Assembly (NCBI RefSeq): GCF_002113885.1
Contig: NW_018406970.1
Coordinates: forward strand, 1,734,022 to 1,798,021
Length of the DNA: 64,000 nucleotides
From: Mizuhopecten yessoensis
Taxonomy: Eukaryota
Direction of reading: 5' to 3'
Made by a program: the position numbers and the translations under genes. Below the pieces are notes generated by a model, which worked only from the letters and a program-made list of their open reading frames with translations, did no database searches and was not told the origin of the DNA. Positions 25,331 to 38,350 of this stretch are shown here, in pieces; position 1 is the first letter of the stretch; each line of letters begins with the position of its first letter.

Positions 25331-26461
25331 GATGTCAGTAGCGGTATGAGACGCGCAAAAGCAACGCTACGGTATCAGTGCAGGAAAACACAGGTGGTGT
25401 TCTCTTATCAATTAGCTCTAAACAAGGCTACTGACATCCTAGTGCTGTACTTTATATATGCAAACATAAGCCAATAGTTATCATTTTATGAATATGAAAA
25501 GATAGATGGAGAACACTAGCCCCCTATGAATTATAAGGGACGCGATTGTAAAGCAATTACTATGTATTGTTGTGATAAAACAAAAACTGGTACATAATTA
25601 TGATCCAAACATGGGATTTTGACTGTGAATTCGCTGACAAAATGTTTGTTAGTAATTGTCAGAAAAATAATAAAACAATATAATGTAACTTTATAAAGTA
25701 ATTCAATAATAAAATACTAACTCCCTCCTCATGATGGAATAGTAACCTTTTTGACAATAAAGTTAACGATTTTGATAAACACCTTTTACATCCATGAAAA
25801 ATATTATAGCATAGTCTGTTGAAGGAGATTGTTTGGACCCGACCATGAGGCCCTAAGTGTAAGTCAGGGTCTTAATTGTCATGCCATCAAACTGCAATCA
25901 CATTTTAATTATTACAACAAAGTTGGATTTATATGCTCCTGAAAGTAAACAAAATGCAGTCAAACCTGTATTAAGAGGCCACCCAAGGGACCGGCAGAAA
26001 TTGGCCGCTTAAGAAAGGTGGCTGCTAAAACCAGGTTCACCCGAAAATCACAACCAAGTTTTCATACATCCACGGGTTATAATGACATTTCCCCGGCAAT
26101 ATAGGCTGCTATGTTATTTTGAATTTTTCTCTCTTCATCAACAGGGGTACGATTTCATACTTGAATATAAATGCATAATCAATAAAATACAAAGGCGTCT
26201 GAGAAACTGGTCATATCGTGGAATTGGTATGACTTCGCTGCGTTAAGTTTTGGTGTTTGATGACACGATCCTATTCTGATTGATGACGATTTTAGTTGAA
26301 GGGCTCGTAGATAGCTGTATCTTCCTACTTAGGGAAAGACAGAACAAAGTTTTCTCCGCGTAAAATAAGCAATACCATTTAGTGTGCAAGGAAGCATGCT
26401 ATTCGGAAGAAGACGAACTACAGAACGAATGACTTTAACAAAGTAGCAAGCATTGCTTTAT

Positions 26462-29400
26462 TCACATCATACAAACAGAACATGACAACGTTTTTCCGTC
26501 TTCGTACGGGGGACAAGGCAAGGATCCACATTTTGAATATACGGCATAGAACAATTTTCCATTATCATTCGTGTTCCCACCCCCTAATACCGCCTGTGGG
26601 TGCTCGTCTACACACAGGTACTCGGAGGCTGCTGATTCCGCTGGATTTCCCGCTGTAAGGAGACCATGAAAAGCCTCTGTCCATCCCGGGTAGCACGTGG
26701 CTCGGCCGGGAACCATGGTGATGACAGAATGGACCGTGTTCCTGCACACTGTGCATGGCACGTCTTCGCTCAAGTTTGGCATACCAAACATGCCTGTATC
26801 TTCATATTCGGCGCCATATACATATGATTGGATATGTGCAGCTTTGTTTTTACTGGGCCCCCAAACTGGTTCTGGAGGCATGCACAAGGTGTCGGCTGCA
26901 CCGCCGGGGGATGAATAGTAAGAACCGCCAGCAAACCCTGTCAAAATGTAGCCGTGTCTACTATGGAAACAATGTAAATACATCAGAGGAAAGGTTATAA
27001 TACATCGCTAAACAAGGTAAAGACCTAGGGGGAGGGGGGGGGCTATGCACATCACTCAACAAAGTACGGATTTATTGGAAGGAAAGGTTCATGCGCATTG
27101 CTAAACAATGTACATATCTATTGGGGGAAACGGTTCATGCACATCATTTAGTGAAAAAGGTTCATACACACCGCCAAACAAGGTACATACCTATTGGGGG
27201 GAAAAGGTTCATGCACATCGCTAAACAAGATACATACCTATTGGGGAAAGGGTTCATGCACGTCGCTAAACAAGATACATACCTATTGGGGAAAAGGTTC
27301 ATGCACATCGCTAAACAAGTTACATACCTATTGAGGGAAATGTTCATGCACATCGCTAAACAAGGTACATAGCTATTGGGGGAAAGGGTTTATGCATATC
27401 GCTAAACAAGATAATACCTATTGGGGGAGGGGAGGGGATGTTCATGTACATCGTTTAACAAGATGCATAGCTATTGGGGGAAAGGGTTTATGCATATCGA
27501 TAAACAAGATAATACCTATTGGGGGAAAGGGTTTATGCACATCGCTAAACAAGATAATACTTATTGTGGGAAAAGGTTCATGCACATCGCTAAACAAGAT
27601 AATACTTATTGTGGGAAAGGTTCATGCACATCGCTAAACAAGATAATACTTATTGTGGGAAAGGTTCATGCACATCGCTAAACAAGATACATACCTATTG
27701 GGGGAAAAGGTTCATGCACATCGCTAAACAAGATAATACTTATTGTGGGAAAAGGTTCATGCACATCGCTAAACAAGGTGCATACCTATTGGGCGGAAAA
27801 GGTTCATGCACATCGCTAAACAAGGTACAGATCATTTTTGGAAAGGTTCATGCTCATCGCTAAACAAGATGTTCATCGCTAAGCAAGATAACGACCTATT
27901 GGGGAAAAGGTTCATGCACATCGCTAAACAAGGCACAGACCTATTGTCAGGAAAGTGTCATGCATATCGCTACACAAGGTACAGAGGGATTTGGGGAAAT
28001 GTTCTAATACATAGCTAAACAAGATACATACCTATTGAGGAAAAGGTTCATGCACATCGCTAAACAAGATACATACTTATTGGGAGAACGGGTTTATGTA
28101 TATCGCTAAACAAGATACATACCTATTGGGGGAAAGGTTCATGCACATCGCTAAACAAGATAATACTTATTGGGGGAAAGGGTTTATGTATATCGCTTAA
28201 CAAGATACATACCTATTGGGGAACAGGTTCATGTACATCGCTAAACAAGATACATACTTATTAGGGGAAAAGGTTTATGCACATCGCTAAACAAGGTACA
28301 TACCTATTGGGGGAAAAGGTTCATGCACATCGCTTAACAAGATACATAGCTATTGGGGGAAAGGGTTTATGCATATCGCTAAACAAGATAATACTTATTG
28401 TGGGAAAAGGTTCATGCACATCGCTTAACAAGATACATAGCTATTGGGGGAAAGGGTTTATGCATATCGCTAAACAAGACAATACTTATTGTGGGAAAAG
28501 GTTCATGCGCATCGCTAAACAAGGTACATACCTATTGGGCGGAAAAGGTTCATGCACATCACTAAACAAGGTACAGATCATTTTTGGAAAGGTTCATGCA
28601 CATCGCTAAACAAGGTACAGACCATTTTGGGAAAGGTTCATGCTCATCGCTAAACAAGATGTTCATCGCTAAGCAAGATACCGACATATTGGGGAAATAG
28701 GTTTCTTGCACATCGCTTAACAAGGTACAGACCTATTGGCAGGAAAGTGTCATGCACATCGCTACACAAGGTACAGAGATATTTGGGGAAATGTTCTAAT
28801 ACATCGATAAGCAAGGTACAGACATATTGGGCGGAAAAAGTTCATGTACATCGCACACATGGTAGAGCTCATCAGAAAACAAGGTAAATGATGGAAGCAA
28901 AATACAAGAAATGTGTTGATTCTGTATACATACGGACATATACAGACAATATCACATACTCTGGGGGTTTTCTGTGATACTGATTTAAGGGTTTTAATTA
29001 TTATTTTTTAATTAACTTCTCATTCGACTGTTCTGTGTTTACCAGAGTAAACGAGCTGTGTGTCATTGCCTGCAGGGCAGTCCTTCCTTCCCCATCTGCT
29101 GTACACCACGCCTTTACCACCTGTAGCACGCAAGCAGACAGAAAGTTGTCATAATAAAGTTAGTGAAGACAATTCCGGAACTAATTGATATTAACTGTCT
29201 TTTTAACAACCTGCACGTGCTTTCTCTAAATAATTGTGTGTTTTTGTTCATGTAAGTATCCACAAATCATTATATTTGCACATATACAATTAATGCTCAA
29301 CATCCAATTTACTAGGTATTTGTACCAACACCGAAATAACTAGGTACATTTTAGGAATAGTGTGCGTAAACGGAGTTATGTGCAATTTTTAGAAAATCCA

Positions 29401-30088
29401 TAAATCGATTTTGGAGTATACAGAAATAATAAAACACCTTGTTAGATCTGATTGTGAGCCATTGTTAGTTTTAGAGAGCGACAGACAGACAGAGAGATGT
29501 TGCTCGGTGAACGTTTTTGAAAGCACAGCAGTGGAACATTTGACATTAATAACTCATGAATGTTATGTTGTACTCCTTACTCTTAACCGAAATTTAGATT
29601 TGAACTTTATGAGAATAGAATAGTCCATCATTTTTGAATCGTTCAAGAAGTATTGATAATGCAATGTTATTGTTCATTCTCGATACAAATTATGTTGTTC
29701 TGTGTCTATGATATATACTACGACGAAGAAATGTCAAGTTTAAACCAATGAAGTATACTTGGAATAAAAGTGGAATTGTGTAAGAGTCGGATACCAAATG
29801 CACTTTCTTCCTGTTGGGTTACACGATGTACTTACTTTCCTGTGCCATTTTCATGATAACAGATTGTTGATTGGTGACGGTCTGTTGGAGGTCAGATACG
29901 GTCTGTTGAAGAGTGGTCACGGTCTGCTCTTGGTTTCCAGCCTTGACTCGTAGCTCCTGTAGCTCCGACTGTAGATGGGTGAGTTGCTGGGACACATACG
30001 CGGGGTCATTTAGCAAAATACGTTTTTCGGAGGCGAGAGTTAAGACGAAAAGGCACACAATTCCAGCAATGACTGTCTGGCCCGCCAT
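26462..30088 (-). CDS. Paralogue A3: secreted coiled-coil + C4-like domain protein, 268 aa
   Basis: Exons 30088-29836 (253 nt), 29120-29043 (78 nt), 26937-26462 (476 nt); GT-AG; open 807 nt. Confidence 0.9.
26990..28885. repeat. Same ~45-bp minisatellite in intron 2 of A3
   Basis: Same unit, ~1.9 kb. Confidence 0.95.
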
Positions 30089-30536
30089 GATGTCAGTAAC
30101 GGTATGAGAGTAAACGCCATGCTACGATCTGTTATCAACGAAGGAAAAAACAGCTGGTGTTATCTTATCAATTAGCCCTAAAAGGCTACAGACATCATAG
30201 TGCTGTACATTCTAAACTAAATTCGATTCAGCTTCTCTGATTTGACATTAACAAAATTCTTTTTAGAATCAAATAAAGCAATTAACTTGATATAACAGCT
30301 TTGATATTAGCTAGAATACCGGAATACTCTCAGTTCGAACACAGACATATGAATTCATCTTTGGGAGCGACAACTTTGCAGGTGCACGATTTCTGTACCG
30401 TAGATATTTCGGCGACCTTGGATCTGGACATAGCTAAAAGTTATAAATGTACATAACACACAAATATCTTTGATAACCAAACGATATTGCTCCCTCTAGG
30501 CTACTGTACGCATTTTGTGATCTCCAATTTAAACTT

Positions 30537-31923
30537 AACACGAGGCACAGAGGGCCTGTATCGCTCACCTGGATGTCTAAGCAATTATGGCAAAATATTC
30601 TCCAAATGAGATCCAAGGGAATATGTAGCATATTCTGTATTAGATTTTTTAGCCCAGCACTGTTATGTATGGTTATGGGGTGCGGATCTCAACTGTTTCC
30701 AAGCTGTGACTCAGAAACTAAGTCCCTAGGGTTGTGACCAGACCCTAGGATAAATTCTAATTTCATGACTGCATTCGTCTCTTTTGTTTTTCCCATCATT
30801 TGTACTGATAGGTGAGGATCTAAACCAGTTTGAAGTTATGACCCAGGGATTAAGTCTCCAAGAGTGGGACAGACCCGAAGGCCATCATGGAAGCATATGT
30901 GCATTCATCTCTTTATACTCAGCAATTGTATATAATATGGTTATAAGGTGGGGATCTCAACTGTTTCCAAGCTGTGACTATGAAACTAGGTCCGTCGGGG
31001 TCCAGTCAGACCCCAGGGTCTATTCTATTATCATGACTGCATTTGTCTCTTTATGCTGAGCATTTGTATACATAATTTTGGGTTGGGGATCTCAACCGTT
31101 TTAAAGTTATGACCCAGGGACTATGTCTCTAAGGGTGGGGCTAGACCCTCGGGCCATCCTGGAAGCAAATGTGCATTCTTCTCTTTAAACTCAGCAATTG
31201 TATATATGGTTATACAGTGGGGATCTTAACCAAGTAATACATTTTTTTTACCCCACTCCTTAGCCCAACCATTTGTATAATTTTGAATCCCTGCCTCCAA
31301 TGAATGATTTTGATCAAATATGGTTGATATCCATCACTTAGTTCCAGAGAAGAAGTCGCTTAAAGCAATAAAGCCAAATTTCCCCCTGTCGGCCCGGCCC
31401 CTAAGAATCCTGGGGGGTCAGCCCCACCAGTTGTACAATTTTGAATCCCTGCCTCCCATGAATGCTTTTGATCAAATATGATCAAGTGCATAGTTCTACA
31501 GAAGAAGTCGTTTGTAGCAATATAGCCAAATTGTCCCCTTTTGGCCCCGCCCCAATGCACCCTGGGGGGTCAGCCCCACCATTTGTACAATTTTGAATCC
31601 ACACCACCTAGGGATGCTTCAGACCAATATGGTTGATATCAATCGCCTAGTTACAGAGAAGAAGTCGCTTAAAGCAATATAGAAAAACTGCCCCCTTTTG
31701 GCCCCACCCCTCAGGCCCTTGGGGTATCAGCCCCACCATTTGTACAATTCTGAATCACCACCACCTAGGGATGCTTCCAGTCAAAATTTAGGTAAATTCC
31801 GATCAGTGGTTTAGAAGATGAAGTCGTTTAAAGGACTTGTTGACGTTCAGACGACGGACGGACGACGGACGCCACGGTATGGCATAAGCTCACCTTGGTC
31901 CTTCGGACCAGGTGAGCGAAAAA
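30537..31923. mobile_element. Complete HINE-like element with degenerate internal tandem repeats
   Basis: Starts AACACGAGGCACAGAGGGCCTGTATCGCTCACCTGG; two internal repeat types; GACG microsatellite; ends GCTCACCTTGGTCCTTCGGACCAGGTGAGCGAAAAA. Same architecture as 1-1062. Confidence 0.75.
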
Positions 31924-32294
31924 TGTGCACTGACGTAATGGTTAATGCAAGTCTTCAAGTTTCAAGCCTTCACATGAAAATACCTCTAGTTCACAAGATA
32001 CGCATTATTGATATAACATTACATTTTGCTACAGGATTTCAAAAGCTGTAACATAAAATGAATAATAAGGCGACAAAACGAATAGTGTGACGGGCGAAAG
32101 GCAAGATGTTTAAATAAAACCGCCAACCTTTCGGGGACCTGTTGAGCGCAAATTAAACAAACTTTGTGTGGCCTCGCGTGACTTTACGTCATTTTGTCTA
32201 TTGGTATTTGCATATTAAGCCAACTTGTGTTGTAGCTCATATTTGTTCGGTGTTCCCATTGATAACGTACAAAATGCGGATTGTTTTCATTAAA

Positions 32295-35200
32295 GGGCCT
32301 GTTTCCAGTAATGTTAATTCTCCATAGGAGCCTGCCCCCGTATAATTTCTTATCTAGCTCAACTACTGTTTTTTTCTTTTCCGAAGAATAATTTTACACC
32401 TTTCCGACACCCAGATTTCATAATTTCAGTGAAAATGTATTTTTATAAAGTTGTCAATTTCAGCATCAAAGACATAAGTTCGTAAATAAAAGAAGGTTAT
32501 CTCGAAATTGTAATTCGCAACATAGTATAAATTTCTTTTGATAAATATTTCCAAAACATCGTGTTTATTCATAAAACATAAAAAAAAATATTTTCGGATG
32601 AAAATGCACTTGCAGAGACACAATTATGAAGAAAAATGCCATAAAATTGCAATTTTCTCCCGTTATATAGTTTTGGATGCAAATTTCCATCAGAAAATCG
32701 GATAGAGCTTTACTTGTTTCATATGTGTACCAAAAATCAGCTAATTCCATGTGGTGGAACGTTCTCATATCGCCGCCTGAATGTGGTTGTAAATTGAAAG
32801 AAAAGGGGAAATGAGTAACAACCTTGTCTGAAACCCTATTATATAGCTTATTATATACAAACTTTTATATTGAATATCAGAGCGGATATTTTCATGACAG
32901 TTTTATGATGTGTAACGACTAAATAAACAGTATCGATATAAAGATTTACACTGAGGACACCCTGATACATGAATACTGTTCTATCTCAAGTTGTCCTCTT
33001 CTGAATTTTCTGATCGTGTGGCCTTGTACATTTATCCGTATCTTCTTGTCTTTGTCTATACGTTTACGGAATCATTGACTCGACGCTAGCTATTCTTGTC
33101 TCACTTTCCTTGTTTTATTGTCCCATCTCCAAAGCGTTGTGGCTCTGTCAGGGTTGGGACCCTGACTTGTCTCACTTTCTTTGTGCCTGCCGACCACGCC
33201 ACATCGAATAGATAGATTATCCATATGAAATACTTTATTTTGTTCTAAGTAATCAATCAATTCTGCGCTTCTTGGAGGTATTGAATGTGATTTATTATAT
33301 TGTCTTGTTATTTTGTGTAATTAGTTGTTCGTTATTTATCACACATTTTCGCATAATTGTACCAAACTACTAAGTATTAGCTGTTTACAGCAATCATCGG
33401 TGGCTTGCTATTTTGTTACTTTATCGACGCTTCATAAACCAATCGTTATTGTTTCAAGATGGAGGGTAAATGTGTTGGAGAAGGGTGTCAAGTATACTTC
33501 AAGAAACGTAGTGGCAATAAGAACAGAAGTGCACGCAATGTAAATAGTCCACAATATAAATGGCTCCTAGATACGCTGGTGCAACAAGGATTGATGTCAG
33601 CAAAGGAACAAGCACTTATTTGCCAGAAGTGCTACATGAAGTATCTTCGGAACAAAAATCAGCCTGAACCTGAACCCGAGCAGAACCAGGAAATAGAGGA
33701 AGAAGACGACTCCCCGTCCCATATCCTGCCGTTGCTGACCCTTCATGATCTTTTGAATGGATCATCTTCACACAAAAAATGCTGTCTCTGTCTTGTTACC
33801 TTTGCAAGAAATGGAACAAAATCATCAGTCTTACCAAAACGTGCAAGACATCACCTGATCTATTCACACAAACTGTGGTGTCCCACCTCATCCCGCGTCT
33901 GCTCCATTCACCTTATTGGTAACGACTTAGATCCGTCTACAGAGGTTGTCCTTGATGGTAGAGGTTCCTTGGAATCTCAGTTACCATCAAAATCGTCCGA
34001 AATCATTAATGACCTCCTAGAGGTGTCGCACGTCCTTTCACAGAACCAGTCTGCGTTTACAATAAGCTTTTCTTCTCTTGATGACTCGGCATGCATGGCC
34101 TGGACAGGTTGGTCCAAAGATCAGTTCCTCGAAATCCACTCGCACTGTTCCCCATATCTTTCATCTGGTATATATACCAAGACTACACACGATGCTCTAT
34201 TACTGTTCTGGGTAAAACTGAAAACCGACATTTCCTGGAGTCAGTGTTCTTCTCTTTTTGGAATTTCCAAGTCAAGTGTGTCCAAAACTTTCCACTCCAT
34301 AGTACAGGCATTAGACACATCGATAGTCCCACAATTTCTAGGTCCGGATCACTTGACAAGAGAACAGTTGCTCGGGCACAATACTGTCTTTTCAGAAGCA
34401 TTTTTTGGAGATAAAGCCACTGCCATATTAGATGGCACCTATATTTATATCCAGAAAAGCTCCGACCACAAGCTCCAGAGAATGTCCTACTGTGGCCAGA
34501 AGAAGAGAAACTATCTCAAATTCATGAGCATCGCCTTACCAGATGGCTACATTCTGGACACAGTAGGACCATTCACTGGCAGCGAAAATGATGCTACAAT
34601 TACAAAAAAAGTCATGGACAAGCTAGTTACTTGGCTACAACCAGACGACAACGTTGTCGTTGACCGAGGTTTTAGAGATGTCCTACCAGTTCTCGAAGCC
34701 TCTGGCCTCAATGCTAGCATGCCGTCATACCTGAAACCCGGTCAAAGTCAACATTCTGACGTCCAAGCAAATCTTGACAGAACTATCACCAAATCGAGGT
34801 GGATTGTGGAATCCTATCATGGTCGTCTGAAACACTGGACGTTCTTCCGAACGCAATTGGTGTCTAACAGCTTTATCAATGTCATCGAGGCTTTGCTTCG
34901 AACCGTCACAGCCTGTCTGAATGGTATTAGAGGACCGATCTACCAGAGATCTCCAGAGAGAGATGCCAAAGATAGGCTAATGGCTGAACGTATGAAGGAC
35001 CGTTTGACAACACCGAATGGTTTAGCTCAGAGAGTCAAGACAGATCCGGATCTATCTAGACGGGCAAGGTCCGAGTTTGTCAAGATGGATGCATCTTCCG
35101 TACTGTTTCCCCGTCTCGATCTTGATTACTTGAGAACCATTACGTGTGGAACGTATCAGATATCTCTGGCTCCTGGTTACATCGCCGAACATTTAAGTGA

Positions 35201-36366
35201 TGACGGAGACTATGAGGTGTGGCTTTACCAGCACTCCCCAGACCTTCTCCGATGTCAAATACATTCTCGACACAAAAGCCAAACGAAATATAACGTTTGG
35301 ATACGGTTCACCGTTTCACCCGATGTTGAGGCCCCAATAAAGGACTACTACTGCCAGTGCCCAGTTGGAGAGAGAACGATGGGAATGTGTGCGCACATCT
35401 CCAGTATCTTGTACTACCTTGGGTATTACAGGACGCTGGAAAACCCTCGACCATTACAACCACAGGTAAAGAAATTCCGACAAAACTTGAAATAGTTTTC
35501 CATGCGGCAACGGAGTGCATATGTCGAAAGTATGTTTGGGGCTCGATATGAAAGATCCCCGTTACCATGTGACTAACCAAACTTATAAATATAGGTATTA
35601 TACAATCGCCCGTAGCTATGAACACTCCCGTAAATGCGAAAACCAACCAAAATCATAAGGAACACGTTTTGTTTGTTGTTCTGTCTATTTGTCAGCCAAT
35701 GTCTTCAACCACGGGGACTTGTGAAGTAGCCATCTTGGATTTTTTTTATGAAAAAGTGTTTCTCTCACTTTTTTTCATATCTGTGTACATATTCTCAACA
35801 TACCGAGCAAATACTCTCGTTTTTTTGTTAATTATCTAAAGAAAGTCGAAAATCGGCAATTCAACCATAGGCTAATTCAACCCAACATTTGAAAATGTTC
35901 CACCACTTACATTTTGATGATTTTTCCTCTCATCAATAGCATATTACGTACTGTTTAATAGGATAAAAATTGGTTTGCATCCAACGCCCATAAAAGGGTG
36001 TATTCTCTAAAAAACACAGTTTTTGTGTCTAAAATGTTATCATCGAAAATGGCATTTTTGAGATTGTTTCTTCCATAAAACAGCCAAATGGCGCGATGGA
36101 AACATGATTTTTTGTCACAATCATGCCATGAATGTATTCTTTACGGTGACCATCATTTGATTAGATTTTCATTAATATTTTACATAACATGCACATTTTA
36201 TCAACACTTAGACAGCTTCTGAAAGGTACAACTTTGAGGAGCCATAAAAAACAAACCAAGTGACCTAAATCTTTATACTTTATAGATTTGTGACCACAAC
36301 GGCATGGGCAATGCACCACCAACAGGAAATTTGAATCAGAGAAGGGGCCGTTTTGGAAACCGGCCC
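32295..36366 (+). mobile_element. Full-length autonomous PHIS-type DNA transposon (4072 bp)
   Basis: 13-bp TIRs GGGCCTGTTTCCA (32295-32307) and TGGAAACCGGCCC (36354-36366), 12/13 match; flanked by AAA on the left and TTT on the right; subterminal inverted motif GTGGTGGAAC (32751) / GTTCCACCAC (~35897); contains the intact transposase. Confidence 0.82.
33459..35495 (+). CDS. DDE transposase of PIF/Harbinger-ISL2EU-Spy (PHIS) type with C-terminal SWIM zinc finger, 678 aa
   Basis: Intronless ORF; helix-turn-helix-like segment (SWSQCSSLFGISKSSVSKTF); catalytic-type motifs ILDGTYIYIQK, ENDATI, VVDRGFRD, RWIVESYHGRLK; SWIM-like CQCPVGERTMGMCAH; N-terminal CxxC pairs. Confidence 0.88.
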   Translation: MEGKCVGEGCQVYFKKRSGNKNRSARNVNSPQYKWLLDTLVQQGLMSAKEQALICQKCYMKYLRNKNQPEPEPEQNQEIEEEDDSPSHILPLLTLHDLLNGSSSHKKCCLCLVTFARNGTKSSVLPKRARHHLIYSHKLWCPTSSRVCSIHLIGNDLDPSTEVVLDGRGSLESQLPSKSSEIINDLLEVSHVLSQNQSAFTISFSSLDDSACMAWTGWSKDQFLEIHSHCSPYLSSGIYTKTTHDALLLFWVKLKTDISWSQCSSLFGISKSSVSKTFHSIVQALDTSIVPQFLGPDHLTREQLLGHNTVFSEAFFGDKATAILDGTYIYIQKSSDHKLQRMSYCGQKKRNYLKFMSIALPDGYILDTVGPFTGSENDATITKKVMDKLVTWLQPDDNVVVDRGFRDVLPVLEASGLNASMPSYLKPGQSQHSDVQANLDRTITKSRWIVESYHGRLKHWTFFRTQLVSNSFINVIEALLRTVTACLNGIRGPIYQRSPERDAKDRLMAERMKDRLTTPNGLAQRVKTDPDLSRRARSEFVKMDASSVLFPRLDLDYLRTITCGTYQISLAPGYIAEHLSDDGDYEVWLYQHSPDLLRCQIHSRHKSQTKYNVWIRFTVSPDVEAPIKDYYCQCPVGERTMGMCAHISSILYYLGYYRTLENPRPLQPQVKKFRQNLK

Positions 36367-36559
36367 TTTACAAGCGGAAACCTATTGATCATGTTGCAGT
36401 ATTGTAGTATTCTCGAGTTTCACGTTGATGAATCAGGGTAAGCCATGCCCCGCTATATCTGTTTTTCTGCTAATATTTTAAATGTCTTATCCACAAAAAT
36501 TAAACTCCTCCATTTCCTTACTTCTGCTGAATCTGGAATTTCGAAAATTGATGGTGAGT

Positions 36560-38350
36560 GACCAAGAAAAAAGTACTTAAAGACAACTTTTCTGCTATCT
36601 CTAGTATTAATTTTCATAATGCAAGATTTCCTGAACTCTTAAGCGAATCTACAAATTACTTAAGCGATGTTTTAAAAATGAAAACGACGTATTAGATGTT
36701 TTGTCAGTTTTTAATACTACCAAAGCGGCCAGACTGGATAAAGTCAGTCATTGTCTGCTTAAAACAAAAGCACTATCGATTCCTTTAGCATTGATATTTA
36801 ACCGTTCCGTCCATGAAATGTTCTTTCCCACTCAATGAAAGAAAGCACATGTCTTGCTCTTATTTAAACAAAAGTGATGTTTCCTTCCAGTTAACGACCG
36901 ACCTATCTCATTGTTAAATTGCGTTTCTAAAATAACGGAAAGGTGTGTTTTTTAAATATGTTTTCTACTTTCCAATTTTGCAAAGTGCAACAATATTTTA
37001 CAAAAATATCAGCCTGGATTTCCGCCAAGTAAATCGACAGTGTTCCAGCTGATTGAGCTTTTTAAAAGCACTGCTTCTGCTATTGACGGCCAGGAAAGAA
37101 TATTCATGTGTTAAAATTGCAATTGGTTTGGTTTGGTTTTATTTTGTTCAACGTGCTATCGTCAGTTATAAAGATCTGACTGTATTAAGGACGTTGTATT
37201 TTGCGTCCCTTTCAAAGCATTTCATAAAATATGGCATAAAGAACTACTTTTGAAACTTGAACAGTATGTTATTTAGCTTACCTTCCTGACTCCACTTACC
37301 TGAATAATCGTCAACAACCTATTTGTTGTGGAAATAATACCTCTTCTCTTAAATGTATGTTCAGGTGTAGCGCAGGGATCTGTTCCTGGTTTTCTATTAT
37401 TATATTCTACATTAATGATTTTATTGATAATATAAATCAACTTTAATTGGAATATCTGCCGATTATTTGTTACTTCAAGAGTTTTTGCAGACTTGAATAT
37501 AATAGAGTATATTCAATTCAGTTCCGCAAAGACGGAAGTACATATTCTTCTTTTCCAGATCACTTTATATCAAATTCCTCAAAATTGTATTGATTAATGT
37601 ATATGCTAATTGTATTAATTGTATATCTATGTACTGTAAAGCGCTTTAGAATGACTTATGTTAGCTAGATAGTGCGCTATATCAAATATATATTATTATT
37701 ATCAAATCTAATCTTACTTATACCAGTGAACCGCTTCATTTCACTGACTCTCACTGTTACCTTGTAGTGTTTTTATCAGAAGTACGCGAAATTAAATTAA
37801 ATTATTTTAACTTACGTTCTCTGCACCCCTGGAAATTAACGATTTGATTGGATTTAAGTAAATTAAACTGACCAATCGCTACGCTAGTAGTGCCTTTTGA
37901 TGTAAATCAAAGGTTCAAACTAGTCTTATTCTATCGTTCAAAAGTTAGCGCATGTTCAGCCTTCAGTTATGTCATTATACATAACACGTACGTCAGCATA
38001 AGTTCTAACATTTCGAGGATGAGTAGCAAAAATGGCGTGATCAAGTTCATCAAATTATTAAAACAGACTCCTCTAGAATCACTTCCCTAAAACAATTCAA
38101 ATATAAAGTTATTAAGGAGATATTTAAGACAATAGAAACATCCTTCATTAAACCAGTTCTTGAATATGCATACTGTGTGTCCGATGGTTTGTTATGATGA
38201 ACTGTTAAATGCCCTAAAAAGGACTCGGTTAGAAACAGCCAGAGTACCTGGTCATTCCTATTTTGCCTGTTGTGATGTTGGGTTTTTTGAAACTGGAAGG
38301 GTACCTTTAAAATTTGACTTCCGTATCCCCGATATTTATCAAATGCTGTA
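36560..38350 (+). mobile_element. Heavily decayed CR1/L2-group LINE reverse-transcriptase remnant
   Basis: Broken translations RPISLLNCVSKITERCVF (~36900), KAF.K.WHK (~37215), SGVAQGSV (~37365), YIND; interrupted by a SINE tail and a MITE fragment. Confidence 0.6.
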
